Source: Flavobacteriaceae bacterium | GTDB taxonomy: Bacteria > Bacteroidota > Bacteroidia > Flavobacteriales > Flavobacteriaceae | Direction of reading: 5' to 3' | Assembly: GCA_013215095.1 (NCBI GenBank) | Contig: JABSPM010000014.1 | Span: forward strand, 1-26,821 | DNA: 26,821 nt | Part shown: positions 10,234 to 19,409 of the stretch, in pieces | How the letters are laid out: the number at the start of each line of letters is the position of its first letter | Position numbering within the stretch: the first letter of the stretch is position 1 | The notes under the pieces: generated by a model | Told to the model about the DNA's origin: nothing | The model's database searches: none | Seen by the model: only the letters and a program-made list of their open reading frames with translations | Position numbers and translations under genes: made by a program

Positions 10234-11439
10234 TTACTCTAGGCCATCGACATAATCTTGTAGATAAGCATAACGTTCGGTTAATTTTCCATTTTCTGTC
10301 ATTTTAGCTCTTGCTAAAATTCCTTCTTTATCACCATTAAAAAATGCTGGAATAACGTATTCTAAAAATGCATCCCCAAATCCTTCACTGGCATCTTTAG
10401 GTAATTCGCATGGAAGGTTATCTACAGCCATCATCGTAATTGCACCTTCTGCATTATAGGCGACTTCCTGTTCGGTTTGTGGGTCATAACCATAAAAAGG
10501 ATCTGCAATAGTAGATGGTTTTATAGTACTTGCAACAGGCCCATCAATATCACAAGATACATCTGCTATGATGTTAATTTTAAAATCGTTTTGCTTAGCA
10601 TCGTCTCTTGTAAATAAAAATGGAGCACCATCTCCATAAAAATGACCTGCAATAAAATAATCTGTAACTTTAGCATAAGGCATAAAATTACTTTCATAGC
10701 CACTTGGATCATTATAAAAGTCTTGTTTTACCCCAATTTTACCATCCTTGCGCTTATTGTATTCCATAACATCTGCTCTACAATATACAGGCTCCGTAAA
10801 GTCAGAAGTTAAAAATAAAGCGTCGCTGACTTCTTTAATTTTTAAATGGTCTAAAATTTCTTTTGCGCCTTTGGCTACCTTACCTGTTCCTGTTAATAAA
10901 ATTTTAATATTTGGCAACGTAATTTTATCCAACTCAGCTTTTACAGCGTTTAAATCTGATAGATGCTCCACTTTTGGCAAGCTAAAAATCTCATCTCTCA
11001 ATCCAAGTGCTCTAAAGCCATTATAAGCCCCAACCAAACCGGCATAACGACCAAAACCAATCAACCTCGAATTATTTTCTCGTACAATGGTTTCATGGTC
11101 ATACATTTCAATATTATTGGCTAACATTGCCTTAAGTAATTTTCTATTATAAGGTTGCTTTTTTATAGTATGCGAAAAATAAAAATACTTTTTATTCGGA
11201 ATCAAAGCCTCAATTGGAACCTCTTTAACTCCCAACATCACATCACAATCACTGACATCATCAACCACATCAAACCCTAAATCTGAATAAGCTGTATCGC
11301 TAAAAATTCTAATATCAGATTGTTCAACTTTAAACTCTGCATCAGGAAAATTAAGTTTTGCTTGTGCCAATTTTTCTGGCGAAAACACAACACGTCTATC
11401 TGGTGGATTTTTTCTTTCTTTAATGATTGCAAATTTCAT
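10234..11439 (-). CDS. NAD(P)-dependent oxidoreductase of the alanine dehydrogenase/PNT family (saccharopine dehydrogenase-like)
   Basis: 401 aa. Rossmann GTGKVAKGA motif and an AlaDH/PNT-like N-terminal architecture. The family call is from recall, not a search. Confidence 0.55.
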   Translation of the reverse strand: MKFAIIKERKNPPDRRVVFSPEKLAQAKLNFPDAEFKVEQSDIRIFSDTAYSDLGFDVVDDVSDCDVMLGVKEVPIEALIPNKKYFYFSHTIKKQPYNRKLLKAMLANNIEMYDHETIVRENNSRLIGFGRYAGLVGAYNGFRALGLRDEIFSLPKVEHLSDLNAVKAELDKITLPNIKILLTGTGKVAKGAKEILDHLKIKEVSDALFLTSDFTEPVYCRADVMEYNKRKDGKIGVKQDFYNDPSGYESNFMPYAKVTDYFIAGHFYGDGAPFLFTRDDAKQNDFKINIIADVSCDIDGPVASTIKPSTIADPFYGYDPQTEQEVAYNAEGAITMMAVDNLPCELPKDASEGFGDAFLEYVIPAFFNGDKEGILARAKMTENGKLTERYAYLQDYVDGLE

Positions 11440-11703
11440 ATATATCTGTTATTAGGTTTTTGTAAGACAATTATTAGGGACAACTTGCTCTATAAAAAGC
11501 AAAATTGAAGTTTACATGTGTCAAAATAATGATCTTGGAATAAATTTTCAAACAAAAATAACAGGAATTAAGCGGTCGCACAACTTTTTTTGTAACTTCG
11601 CATTCCTTTTTATAAAGGACAGTTCTAAAAAAACGACAAAAGCGCATATCGCATTTGTATTATATTCAAATAGCATCAAACAAATTTTTGTTATTTGACA
11701 TAA

Positions 11704-12097
11704 GGGGTCGACTGGTTTTGACAGCGAGATCTATGGAACTGTAAGCACGCCGCGTAATGATAATGACACGCGTTAAAGGCCTTATCAAATTTTAATCGGC
11801 GAGAATAACTACGCTTTAGCTGCTTAATAACTGAATTATAGTAAGTTCAAGCCCCGGCACACAAGGTGTGCAAGCTAAATGTCTCTTGAAAGCCTTGGTT
11901 TATGGCGTTCTAATTAGAGACATCGAAAAAGTAAACCTAGAGTTTCTAGAGCTTCTATAGAAACTCGAAAATTAAGAAGCTAAGTTCTAAGTAGGCCGTT
12001 TTTAGTCAGCTTATTATCGAAAATTAAATAAAAACTAAGCGTGTAGAAAGCACTTTTGTAGCTTGTTTGGACGAGGGTTCGATTCCCTCCGACTCCA
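11704..12097 (+). ncRNA. ssrA: Transfer-messenger RNA (tmRNA, SsrA), standard one-piece form
   Basis: The 5' end GGGGTCGACTGGTTTTGACAGCGAG pairs with the 3' end CGACTCCA (G3-U wobble). The tag reading frame at 11798-11830, ggc gag aat aac tac gct tta gct gct taa taa, gives GENNYALAA**. The T-arm is GGTTCGATTCC. CCA is not encoded. Confidence 0.9.
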
Positions 12098-12117
12098 CTG
12101 TTTATTTTCAAATAAAA

Positions 12118-12152
12118 CCCTGTAAAATCAAAGTTTTATGGGGCTTTTTTTT
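12118..12152 (+). terminator. Terminator-like hairpin plus T8 run after ssrA
   Basis: ccctgtaaaa-tcaaag-ttttatgggg cttttttttaag. The stem has two G-U pairs. Confidence 0.5.
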
Positions 12153-12284
12153 AAGAACATCACTCAAACCATCGTTTAATATCATCTCTACTCCTAAATT
12201 ACTCAATTAAAATGTACTTTTTTACGTTAGATAAAAAATCATCATTTTTCTAATGTGTAATTTAACAGAAGAACTGGTATAATA

Positions 12285-12321
12285 CCATTTTCTATTTGAA
12301 ATTACTTGAATAAAATGCATT
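12285..12321 (+). repeat. Partial copy D of the intergenic repeat family (5' half only)
   Basis: CCATTTTCTATTTGAAATTACTTGAATAAAATGCATT. Matches the 5' core of copies A/B and the inverted-terminus motif seen in copy C. Confidence 0.35.
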
Positions 12322-12517
12322 AAAAAAATCAAATTAATTTAACAATAAAATACTTCATATAAATATAACTTCAATTCATAAATCTCATGCTTACAGAAAC
12401 GAATGAAGTACTATGCTTTAGATTTTGATTAACGTCAAGTTTTTTATTACTATTTTAATCCCATACTGCTCTTGACGTTTGCCAAAGTACTCAGGAATTT
12501 TTGAATGCTATTAGGGA

Positions 12518-12889
12518 TTAAGAACAACTAGGACACACCCCAGATAACACAAAATTAATCTCTTTGACGGCGTATCCTTTAGGAAGTTTAAAACTGGGGT
12601 TTATATCATCTAGGCAGGTTACAGACTTGCACTTTTCGCAACTAAAATGCATGTGATTATGACTGTGTTCAACCTCACAATTTTTACAGCTCGCATAATT
12701 AACAACGCCATCAATGTTTACCACCTTATGTATAAGTCCCTCTTGCAATAGACGATCCAAAACTCTATATATCGTTACTCTATCACACAACCCATCAGGC
12801 AACAAATTTTTGATATCCGCATGAGATAAATTAGTATTGGACCTTGTAATAAGTTCTAAAATTTTGGTTTTAGCTATCGTTTTTCGCAT
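12518..12889 (-). CDS. Fur-family metalloregulator (Fur/Zur/PerR-like)
   Basis: 123 aa. Winged-helix N-terminus, and the metal-site residues HSHNHMHFSCEKC...C..C are typical of Fur-family proteins. Confidence 0.8.
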   Translation of the reverse strand: MRKTIAKTKILELITRSNTNLSHADIKNLLPDGLCDRVTIYRVLDRLLQEGLIHKVVNIDGVVNYASCKNCEVEHSHNHMHFSCEKCKSVTCLDDINPSFKLPKGYAVKEINFVLSGVCPSCS

Positions 12890-12901
12890 AAAAATTTATT
12901 T

Positions 12902-12964
12902 ATTATTGCAATAATGTTGCTTTGACAAAAATAATAATTATTTTAGCAACATTGTTGCAATAAT
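12902..12964. promoter_or_regulatory. Two Fur-box-like 14-bp palindromes, ATTATTGCAATAAT (12902-12915, perfect) and ATTGTTGCAATAAT (12951-12964), in the divergent promoter. The extended 20-bp arms form an inverted repeat with 1 mismatch.
   Basis: Left arm attattgcaataatgttgct, right arm agcaacattgttgcaataat. Box 1 is 13 bp upstream of the Fur-family start. Box 2 is ~58 bp upstream of the 13023 ORF. Fur-family operators have the same TAAT/ATTA flavour. Confidence 0.45.
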
Positions 12965-13022
12965 AAAATTACAACGCTCAAAATTAACCTTTACAGTTTA
13001 CAACGCAATATAACCCCTTTAA

Positions 13023-13313
13023 ATGCATTGGAAAACCAAATTTGTAGCGCTTCTTTTGGGATTGTTCCTTCTTGGATCAAATAGTATTGGTTTGCATGCC
13101 TTATCTCATGATAATGACACTCTGGATCATACAGATTGTGTCTATTGCATGTTTCCTATAGAACAAAAAACACACGATGCTATTCTTTTTCAAACACCTT
13201 GTTTTTTTGAACATAGAGCTTTGGGAAATTTTGAATTGATTTCATATATATATATACTTATAGAAATCAAAAGCGTTTTACTTTCGCAGTATTTTGCAAG
13301 ACCTCCGCCTTAA
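13023..13313 (+). CDS. Hypothetical small secreted protein, His/Cys-rich (HALSHDNDTLDHTDCVYC), possible metal-binding peptide
   Basis: 96-aa ORF with a signal-peptide-like N-terminus. Sits opposite the Fur-family gene directly downstream of a Fur-box-like site. The C-terminal third is low complexity, so the true length is uncertain. Confidence 0.35.
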   Translation: MHWKTKFVALLLGLFLLGSNSIGLHALSHDNDTLDHTDCVYCMFPIEQKTHDAILFQTPCFFEHRALGNFELISYIYILIEIKSVLLSQYFARPPP

Positions 13314-13718
13314 TTATAGAATTAACATCAATTCGATTTTATTCAATATCATTTGCTATTACAGTAAAAAGAAAGTACCATTTATGTTTAGAACTAAAGC
13401 GAAATCACAGTTGTCATCTGTTTTTATTCTGAATTAAAAAACACGTGCTTTTATTACTCAACATGTAAAAGTAATGCTCTTAATGTCTTAGGCATCGTAT
13501 GCCACCTTAAGTTTGTTTTTATTATCAATATTTTAAATCTGAATTATGTATTAGAAAGTCATACAACATAATACAAAATACATGTATTGTGATTCTATGA
13601 ATTACACAAGTACATATATAAATAGCACTGCCACTTCTAATCTGATTAAAAGCTTATAAGTATGGAGATGCTTCATATTCATTGCATGAAATTATCATGC
13701 GCAACCTCATTTTATACT

Positions 13719-14435
13719 ATGATTACTCTAGATAACGTAAACAAGTCCTATGGCGATTTCAAAGCCCTAAAAAACCTCAATCTCACTGTAAAACCAGGTG
13801 AAATTTATTGTCTATTAGGTGCTAACGGTGCAGGAAAAACAACAACCATTAATCTTCTTTTAGGCTTTATAACACCCAATACAGGAACGATTTCTATTAA
13901 CAACATTAATGTCCAGAAATCAGCTCTAAAAAGCAAACAATATTTAGCATACATACCAGAAAATTTGATGCTTTACCCAAACCTCACTGCCGTAGAAAAT
14001 CTAAATTATTTCTCAGGTATTGGCGGAAAATCATTTGGCAAAAAAGCATTAGAAACATTCTTAGATGACGCTGGATTACAGCGAGAAGCTTTTCATAAAC
14101 GTTTGTCAAAATTTTCTAAAGGAATGCGTCAAAAAGTAGGAATTGCTATTGCTCTAGCGAAAGACACCAAAGTATTACTCTTAGACGAACCTACTTCAGG
14201 CTTAGATCCGAAGGCAAGTAACGAATTTGGACAACTTTTAAAACACCTAAAAAATAAGGGTGTTGCTATTCTTATGGCCACCCATGATATCTTTAGAGCT
14301 AAAGACGTGGCTACTCATATTGGAATTATGAAAGAAGGCGAACTCAAATATGAATTTGAGACCGATAAAATTTCATTAGCAGCCCTAGAAAGCACCTATT
14401 TAAAGATTATGGATTACAAAACTCTTGAAGTATGA
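13719..14435 (+). CDS. ABC transporter ATP-binding protein (ABC-2 subfamily)
   Basis: Walker A GANGAGKTT, signature LSKGMRQKV, Walker B LLLLDEPTSGLD, H-loop ATHD. The ORF track starts at 13662 but the conserved ABC N-terminus begins at MITLDNVNKSY (ATG 13719). Confidence 0.85.
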   Translation: MITLDNVNKSYGDFKALKNLNLTVKPGEIYCLLGANGAGKTTTINLLLGFITPNTGTISINNINVQKSALKSKQYLAYIPENLMLYPNLTAVENLNYFSGIGGKSFGKKALETFLDDAGLQREAFHKRLSKFSKGMRQKVGIAIALAKDTKVLLLDEPTSGLDPKASNEFGQLLKHLKNKGVAILMATHDIFRAKDVATHIGIMKEGELKYEFETDKISLAALESTYLKIMDYKTLEV

Positions 14436-15838
14436 TACTAAAAACATTAAGCAAAGAGTTTAAGGAATCATTTAGAAATGGCAAAGCCAAAATTGCCTTT
14501 TCTATTGTTGTTATACTGCTGTTTACCTCGGTTTGGCTAAGCATGCAAAAGTATAACAATGCCAATAAAGAATATCTTAAGGCTACTGAAAGTGAACGTC
14601 ATATATGGGATAATCAAGGTGAAAAAAATCCGCATTCGGCCGCGCATTACGGCACCTATGCGTTTAAACCTAAGCAACCACTATCTCTTATAGACAAAGG
14701 TGTTGACAAGTATGTAGGTACCACAATATTCTTAGAGGCACATTATCGCAATGAAGCTCAATTTAGTGCGGCAGCAGATCAAACTGGAACTTCAAGATTT
14801 GGTGAGTTAACTCCAGATTTTATATTGTTGTTTTTAATACCTTTATTAATTATACTTCTGGGTTATAACATTTTTACAAAAGAAAAAGAGCAGGGTACAT
14901 TGTTCTTACTAAAAAGCAGTGGTGCTTCTATTAATCAATTGACTTTGGGGAAGTGGTTATCCTTGTTTATACCTATATTTTTATGTACAACAATTGTATT
15001 TATCATCGCAGGGATATTATTATCTAATCTTAACGATTATGGCACATTTAGTTGGACTTCACTTATTTCAATGTGGAGTATTTACATCGGTTTTTATATT
15101 GTTTTTATCAATATTGTCATGCTTATCTCTTATGTTTCTAAACGTTCAGGACTCTCACTTGTAATCGCTTTGTCGGTATGGATTTTCACTTGTCTTGTTA
15201 CTCCAAAAATAGCGAGTACACTTGCAGAAAACAAATATCCCTATCCAACACGACAAGAATTTCAGGCAATGGTAACAAAAGATAAGAAGCAAGGTTTGGA
15301 TGGTCATAACACTTGGAATGAAGAAGCACAGCTACTAAAAGAAAAAGTATTAAAAGAATACAAGGTGGATAGTCTGCATCAACTCCCTTTTAACTTTGAC
15401 GGTTACCGCATGCAAAAAGGAGAAGAATATCAAGCTGCTATATATTCCAAACATTATAATAACCTTAAAGCCCAATATGAGAATCAAAACAAAACGTACA
15501 AAACTTTAGCTGCGATTTCACCTTTTTTACCAACACGATTTCTAAGCATGTCTATTGCGCAAACCGATTATGCTACACATTGGCATTTTTCGGATGCCGC
15601 AGAACAGTATAGAATTCAAACTCAAAAATTTTTGAATGACAATTTTGCACAAAATTCTGTATTTGGTGATTGGAAGTACAAAGCAGACAGCTCAACTTGG
15701 TCAGCTTTACCGCAGTTTAACTACACCCCACAAAGCCTATCAACTATAATAGATACCAATAAAAGCTATCTTATCATTTTAGGGCTTTGGGTACTGCTCT
15801 CTTTTAGTACGTTATACTTAACTATTAAACTTAAATAA
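14432..15838 (+). CDS. Large ABC-2-type permease subunit, paralog 1 (468 aa). I recall this architecture as DUF3526-like.
   Basis: Start overlaps the ATPase stop (ATGA). Layout is an N-terminal TM helix, an extracytoplasmic segment, a 5-helix hydrophobic core, a ~200-aa soluble insert and a final TM helix. Confidence 0.65.
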   Translation: MILKTLSKEFKESFRNGKAKIAFSIVVILLFTSVWLSMQKYNNANKEYLKATESERHIWDNQGEKNPHSAAHYGTYAFKPKQPLSLIDKGVDKYVGTTIFLEAHYRNEAQFSAAADQTGTSRFGELTPDFILLFLIPLLIILLGYNIFTKEKEQGTLFLLKSSGASINQLTLGKWLSLFIPIFLCTTIVFIIAGILLSNLNDYGTFSWTSLISMWSIYIGFYIVFINIVMLISYVSKRSGLSLVIALSVWIFTCLVTPKIASTLAENKYPYPTRQEFQAMVTKDKKQGLDGHNTWNEEAQLLKEKVLKEYKVDSLHQLPFNFDGYRMQKGEEYQAAIYSKHYNNLKAQYENQNKTYKTLAAISPFLPTRFLSMSIAQTDYATHWHFSDAAEQYRIQTQKFLNDNFAQNSVFGDWKYKADSSTWSALPQFNYTPQSLSTIIDTNKSYLIILGLWVLLSFSTLYLTIKLK

Positions 15839-15840
15839 TC

Positions 15841-17271
15841 ATGTTTAAATACAACTTCATATACGAATTCAAACGCCTTATTAGAAGCCAATGGATTCAA
15901 GTGCTTAGCATTTTACTTTTTGCCGTATTTAGCTTTGCAGTATTTAATGGACAACAAAAAACACAAAAACGTCTTGAAGAAATTTCTTCAGTTAAAGAGA
16001 AATTAAAAACCTCTGAAGCACAAATGCTCAGCGTATTAGACTCAATAGAACAAGGGTTCCAAGTTTCTGTATCTCGTTGGAGATTGCCAAGTAACCCAAT
16101 GACTATAGGTAACAAACATCCACGTCTTGTAGAGATGCCACCGCATCAGTGGACCTTTATTTCTACAGGGCAAAGCGACATGTATAGCCATTATGTAAAA
16201 CCTACAGTACAAGCTAATGATTTTGAGTTAAGTTTTACCGAAATGACCAGTCCTACGCAACTCTTATTTGGAAGTTTTGATTTGACCTTTGTTATTGTAT
16301 ATCTCTTGCCATTAATCATTATTGCATTTGGCTTTAATATTTTATCCTACGAAAGAGAGAGTGGTGCTTTAAAACTATTAGCATCCCAACCTGTCTCTTT
16401 AACATTTTGGGTCTTTCAAAAATTGGTCTTACGTTTCTTATGGTTATCTGTGATTGTAATACTCACATTGTACCTTATTTTCAGTGGCAATGGGATTAAT
16501 ATTTTTAAGGAGATGGCAACATTTTTTAGTCTAATAGGCGTAATTTGTGCGTATATGCTATTTTGGTTTGCCTTAGCATTTTTGGTGAACATTTTTGGAA
16601 TGAATTCCGCAAAAAATGCATTAGTATTGATTGGCTTATGGATTTTATTTGTACTACTCGTTCCTACAGTAATTAATCAAGTTGGTAATACGCTATATCC
16701 TATGCCATCTAGAACAATTATGGTAAATAAAATGCGCTCGATTAAAGCGAATGCAACAAAAAAACAAGATGAAATATTAGATAATTATTTGAGAGACCAT
16801 CCCGAGTTTGCGATTAATGACAGTACACAAAATCGAACATTTTGGCATCGATATATGGCGTCTCAAGCGCTTATAGATAAAGCACTAAAACCTGTTGTAT
16901 CTAATTACAACAAGCAACTCCGAAAACAACAAAATTGGTTGGATAAACTCAAGTGGTTATCTCCGTCAATGCGCGTAAAAGCGGCATTAAATAACACCGC
17001 AGGTACTTCAACTACAGATTATGAGAATTTTAGAAATCAAGCCCTCGCGTTTTCGGAGCAATGGCGTAAGCATTTCATTCCATTTTTATATAATAACACT
17101 CCCTTTTCATCTAAGGATTATGAGCACATACCAACCTATCAATACCGTCAAAAAGCACATTCCAACATGGCTACAATTGGTATTCTATTTGCCATAGCAC
17201 TACTTATGTTTGCAATAGGATTATTGGCTTCTAAAAATCTCAAATACAAAATGAATTTAACCATATCCTAA
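15841..17271 (+). CDS. Large ABC-2-type permease subunit, paralog 2 (476 aa)
   Basis: Begins 3 nt after paralog 1. Same topology pattern and similar length, with conserved GYN/GFN..ERE and YPxP motifs shared with paralog 1. Confidence 0.65.
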   Translation: MFKYNFIYEFKRLIRSQWIQVLSILLFAVFSFAVFNGQQKTQKRLEEISSVKEKLKTSEAQMLSVLDSIEQGFQVSVSRWRLPSNPMTIGNKHPRLVEMPPHQWTFISTGQSDMYSHYVKPTVQANDFELSFTEMTSPTQLLFGSFDLTFVIVYLLPLIIIAFGFNILSYERESGALKLLASQPVSLTFWVFQKLVLRFLWLSVIVILTLYLIFSGNGINIFKEMATFFSLIGVICAYMLFWFALAFLVNIFGMNSAKNALVLIGLWILFVLLVPTVINQVGNTLYPMPSRTIMVNKMRSIKANATKKQDEILDNYLRDHPEFAINDSTQNRTFWHRYMASQALIDKALKPVVSNYNKQLRKQQNWLDKLKWLSPSMRVKAALNNTAGTSTTDYENFRNQALAFSEQWRKHFIPFLYNNTPFSSKDYEHIPTYQYRQKAHSNMATIGILFAIALLMFAIGLLASKNLKYKMNLTIS

Positions 17272-17326
17272 ACCCTAACAATAACAACTTTTTTTATTGC
17301 AATACTATAATTGCATTAGTAACTGT

Positions 17327-17358
17327 AAACCACTCTATCTAGAGTGGTTTATGTGTTT
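17327..17358. terminator. Hairpin between convergent ABC operon and kinase-like gene
   Basis: aaaccactct-atct-agagtggttt. 10-bp perfect stem with a weak U-tract. Confidence 0.45.
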
Positions 17359-17450
17359 AAATAAGACAGGTTAGTCTAAAAGACTATCTTATCAAATGGC
17401 ATTATATCAAGATACACCTCGTATTCCAATGATTTTAAACCTAAAGCCTT

Positions 17451-18419
17451 TTAAATTTTTGAAAGTACAGTCTCCATAATCTTACGCGTGTAAGTATTCA
17501 GTTTATTATGGGTTGGCATCCATCCCAATAAAAACCGCGTAAAATCAACAGATGCTATGAGATACATTTCCCGCCATTCTTTCTCCAAAGCATTAATATC
17601 TATTTTTACATCTCGTCTAGACACAGCGGTTCTAAGGCACTCAAAATAATAATCCAAGACATCATTTTCATAATATGCACATGCGTCACCAGACAAACAA
17701 CTACCAAGAAAATACGCCACATCTTTCATTCCGCATCCGCCACCAACATATTGAAAATCTACAGCAGCTACGCGTCTTCCATCTTCCGAAAAACAAAAAT
17801 TAGCCAATTTAGCATCGCCATGCACAATAGTTTGAAACTGACATTGATTTAAGCATTTATCAATCTCATGTGCTTTTGACTTAAGCAAGTCATCTTCCAT
17901 TTTTTCAAATTCTTCTGGTCGTGTCTCTAAATGCCAATACGTTCCTATCTCCCAAAGGCCTTCTGGCTTAGTATTAAGAAATCTAGCATGAAAATTTGCT
18001 AACCATTGCAAACAAACACCAACCTCTTCTATAGCTATTTGCTGTTTTACCAAAGGATACTCTACTTGCAAATCTTCCAATATAATCCACCTCTTATGTC
18101 CTTGCTCTAACGCGCCAATACATTTAGGAACTTTACATGTCATCCCACAAGATTTAGACCAATATTTATACCAATAGGTCTCTACATCATAAGAACGTAA
18201 TTTTCTTTGATGCCCAATACTCGTATGCCACCCTCTGGGGTGGGTGTTAGAATGTTCTAATTGAATACATTTTACAACTACAGAAGTCATGTCACCATTA
18301 TCAATTTGATATCGTGCAACATAACCATAACCACTCCACAATGACTGTATCTCCTCTATTAAAGTACATTGCTTAGCATTGGTAAGCCCTTTCAAATAAT
18401 TTTCAAACTCAAAATCCAT
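17451..18419 (-). CDS. Protein-kinase-like phosphotransferase (APH/choline-kinase fold; EcKL/DUF1679-like)
   Basis: 322 aa. Catalytic loop HGDAKLANFCF and a DFQYVGGG (DFG-like) motif. Divergent from the YqiJ/flotillin genes. Confidence 0.6.
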   Translation of the reverse strand: MDFEFENYLKGLTNAKQCTLIEEIQSLWSGYGYVARYQIDNGDMTSVVVKCIQLEHSNTHPRGWHTSIGHQRKLRSYDVETYWYKYWSKSCGMTCKVPKCIGALEQGHKRWIILEDLQVEYPLVKQQIAIEEVGVCLQWLANFHARFLNTKPEGLWEIGTYWHLETRPEEFEKMEDDLLKSKAHEIDKCLNQCQFQTIVHGDAKLANFCFSEDGRRVAAVDFQYVGGGCGMKDVAYFLGSCLSGDACAYYENDVLDYYFECLRTAVSRRDVKIDINALEKEWREMYLIASVDFTRFLLGWMPTHNKLNTYTRKIMETVLSKI

Positions 18420-18619
18420 GACTACAAAGCTATCAAATTAAAACCCTTTATGACATCTTGTAACATTTTAATTAAAATAGAGACCTATCATATAAACTTG
18501 TAGTTCAAATAAGTCTTTTAAGACATCTAAATAATCTGTAACTTACAAGCGGAAATCACAACTTAATATATGTTGTAATTTCTATTTTAACAATTTTCAT
18601 ACTAATTCATTTTTTAACA

Positions 18620-19363
18620 TTGGATACTATTTTTGACATAGCGTTTTCTCCAGTTAATTTAACCTTAAGTATACTGGTTATTTTATTAATTTTATATTGG
18701 ATTTTTAACATGATTTCGGGTATTGATTTTGACCTGGACATCGATGTGGATATAGACGTGGATAGCGATATAAATGTTGATACTAGCTTAGAATCCGCTT
18801 CCTTTAACGATGTATTAAATGCCGAAATTAATAAAGAAGATTTCCGCACACCAAACACAAAAAAATCAATCTGGTGGCAACACCTGCTCATGTATTTCAA
18901 CTTTGTAGGATTGCCATTTATGTTCACCTTTACCTGTTGGGTATTTTTCTGGTGGTTGAGTACCATAATTTCTACGACAATAACTGCATCATATAACACC
19001 AACTACGGTTATACCTTATTACTAGCAGGACTTTTACCATCATTGGTTTTAACCAAAATTTTCACAACACCATTTAAAGGCTTTTTTAAAAACTTAAATC
19101 CAGACGGCGACAAACCAGTTAATTTTATAGGTAGAAAAGGTACCATGCTTTCAAAAATATCTAAAGACAAAATGGGTTCTGCTGAAATTCTAGTAGATAA
19201 TAATCCCATCTCTGTTTATGTTAAACCGAAAAATGGCATCACTTTGACCTACAAACAAGAAATTGTTATTACAAAACAATCCTCGGATAAAAATTTCTAT
19301 TGGGTTATTTCGGCCGAAGACCCAAACGAGCGAATCGTTAATATCGAAGATATCAAATTTTAA
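18620..19363 (+). CDS. YqiJ/NfeD-like membrane protein (DUF1449-type), upstream partner of flotillin
   Basis: TTG start. An N-terminal TM helix is followed by the acidic tandem repeat DFDLDIDVDIDVDSDINVD. Then come two to three further TM helices and a C-terminal soluble beta-rich domain. This is the same architecture and gene order as E. coli yqiJ-yqiK and B. subtilis yuaF-floT. Confidence 0.65.
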   Translation: MDTIFDIAFSPVNLTLSILVILLILYWIFNMISGIDFDLDIDVDIDVDSDINVDTSLESASFNDVLNAEINKEDFRTPNTKKSIWWQHLLMYFNFVGLPFMFTFTCWVFFWWLSTIISTTITASYNTNYGYTLLLAGLLPSLVLTKIFTTPFKGFFKNLNPDGDKPVNFIGRKGTMLSKISKDKMGSAEILVDNNPISVYVKPKNGITLTYKQEIVITKQSSDKNFYWVISAEDPNERIVNIEDIKF

Positions 19364-19409
19364 ATACAACACATTTTTAAATTACAAACCACAAAACCAA
19401 ACAGTTAAT

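Noticed and set aside
13577-13588. 12-bp perfect palindrome AATACATGTATT upstream of the ABC ATPase gene
   Set aside because: About 6 perfect 12-bp palindromes are expected by chance in 27 kb of sequence. It is AT-rich and has no second copy.
18556-18578. ACAACTTAA-tatat-GTTGTAA upstream of the YqiJ-like gene as the same operator as the 16-bp palindrome at 21513
   Set aside because: The same 5-bp half-sites occur but with different spacing (9 vs 4 bp). 5-bp half-sites recur by chance in AT-rich DNA. Kept only as a weak note.
18607-19372. Minus-strand ORFs of 131, 66 and 60 aa overlapping the YqiJ-like gene
   Set aside because: The plus-strand frame has the conserved YqiJ/NfeD architecture. 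The antisense frames are low complexity.
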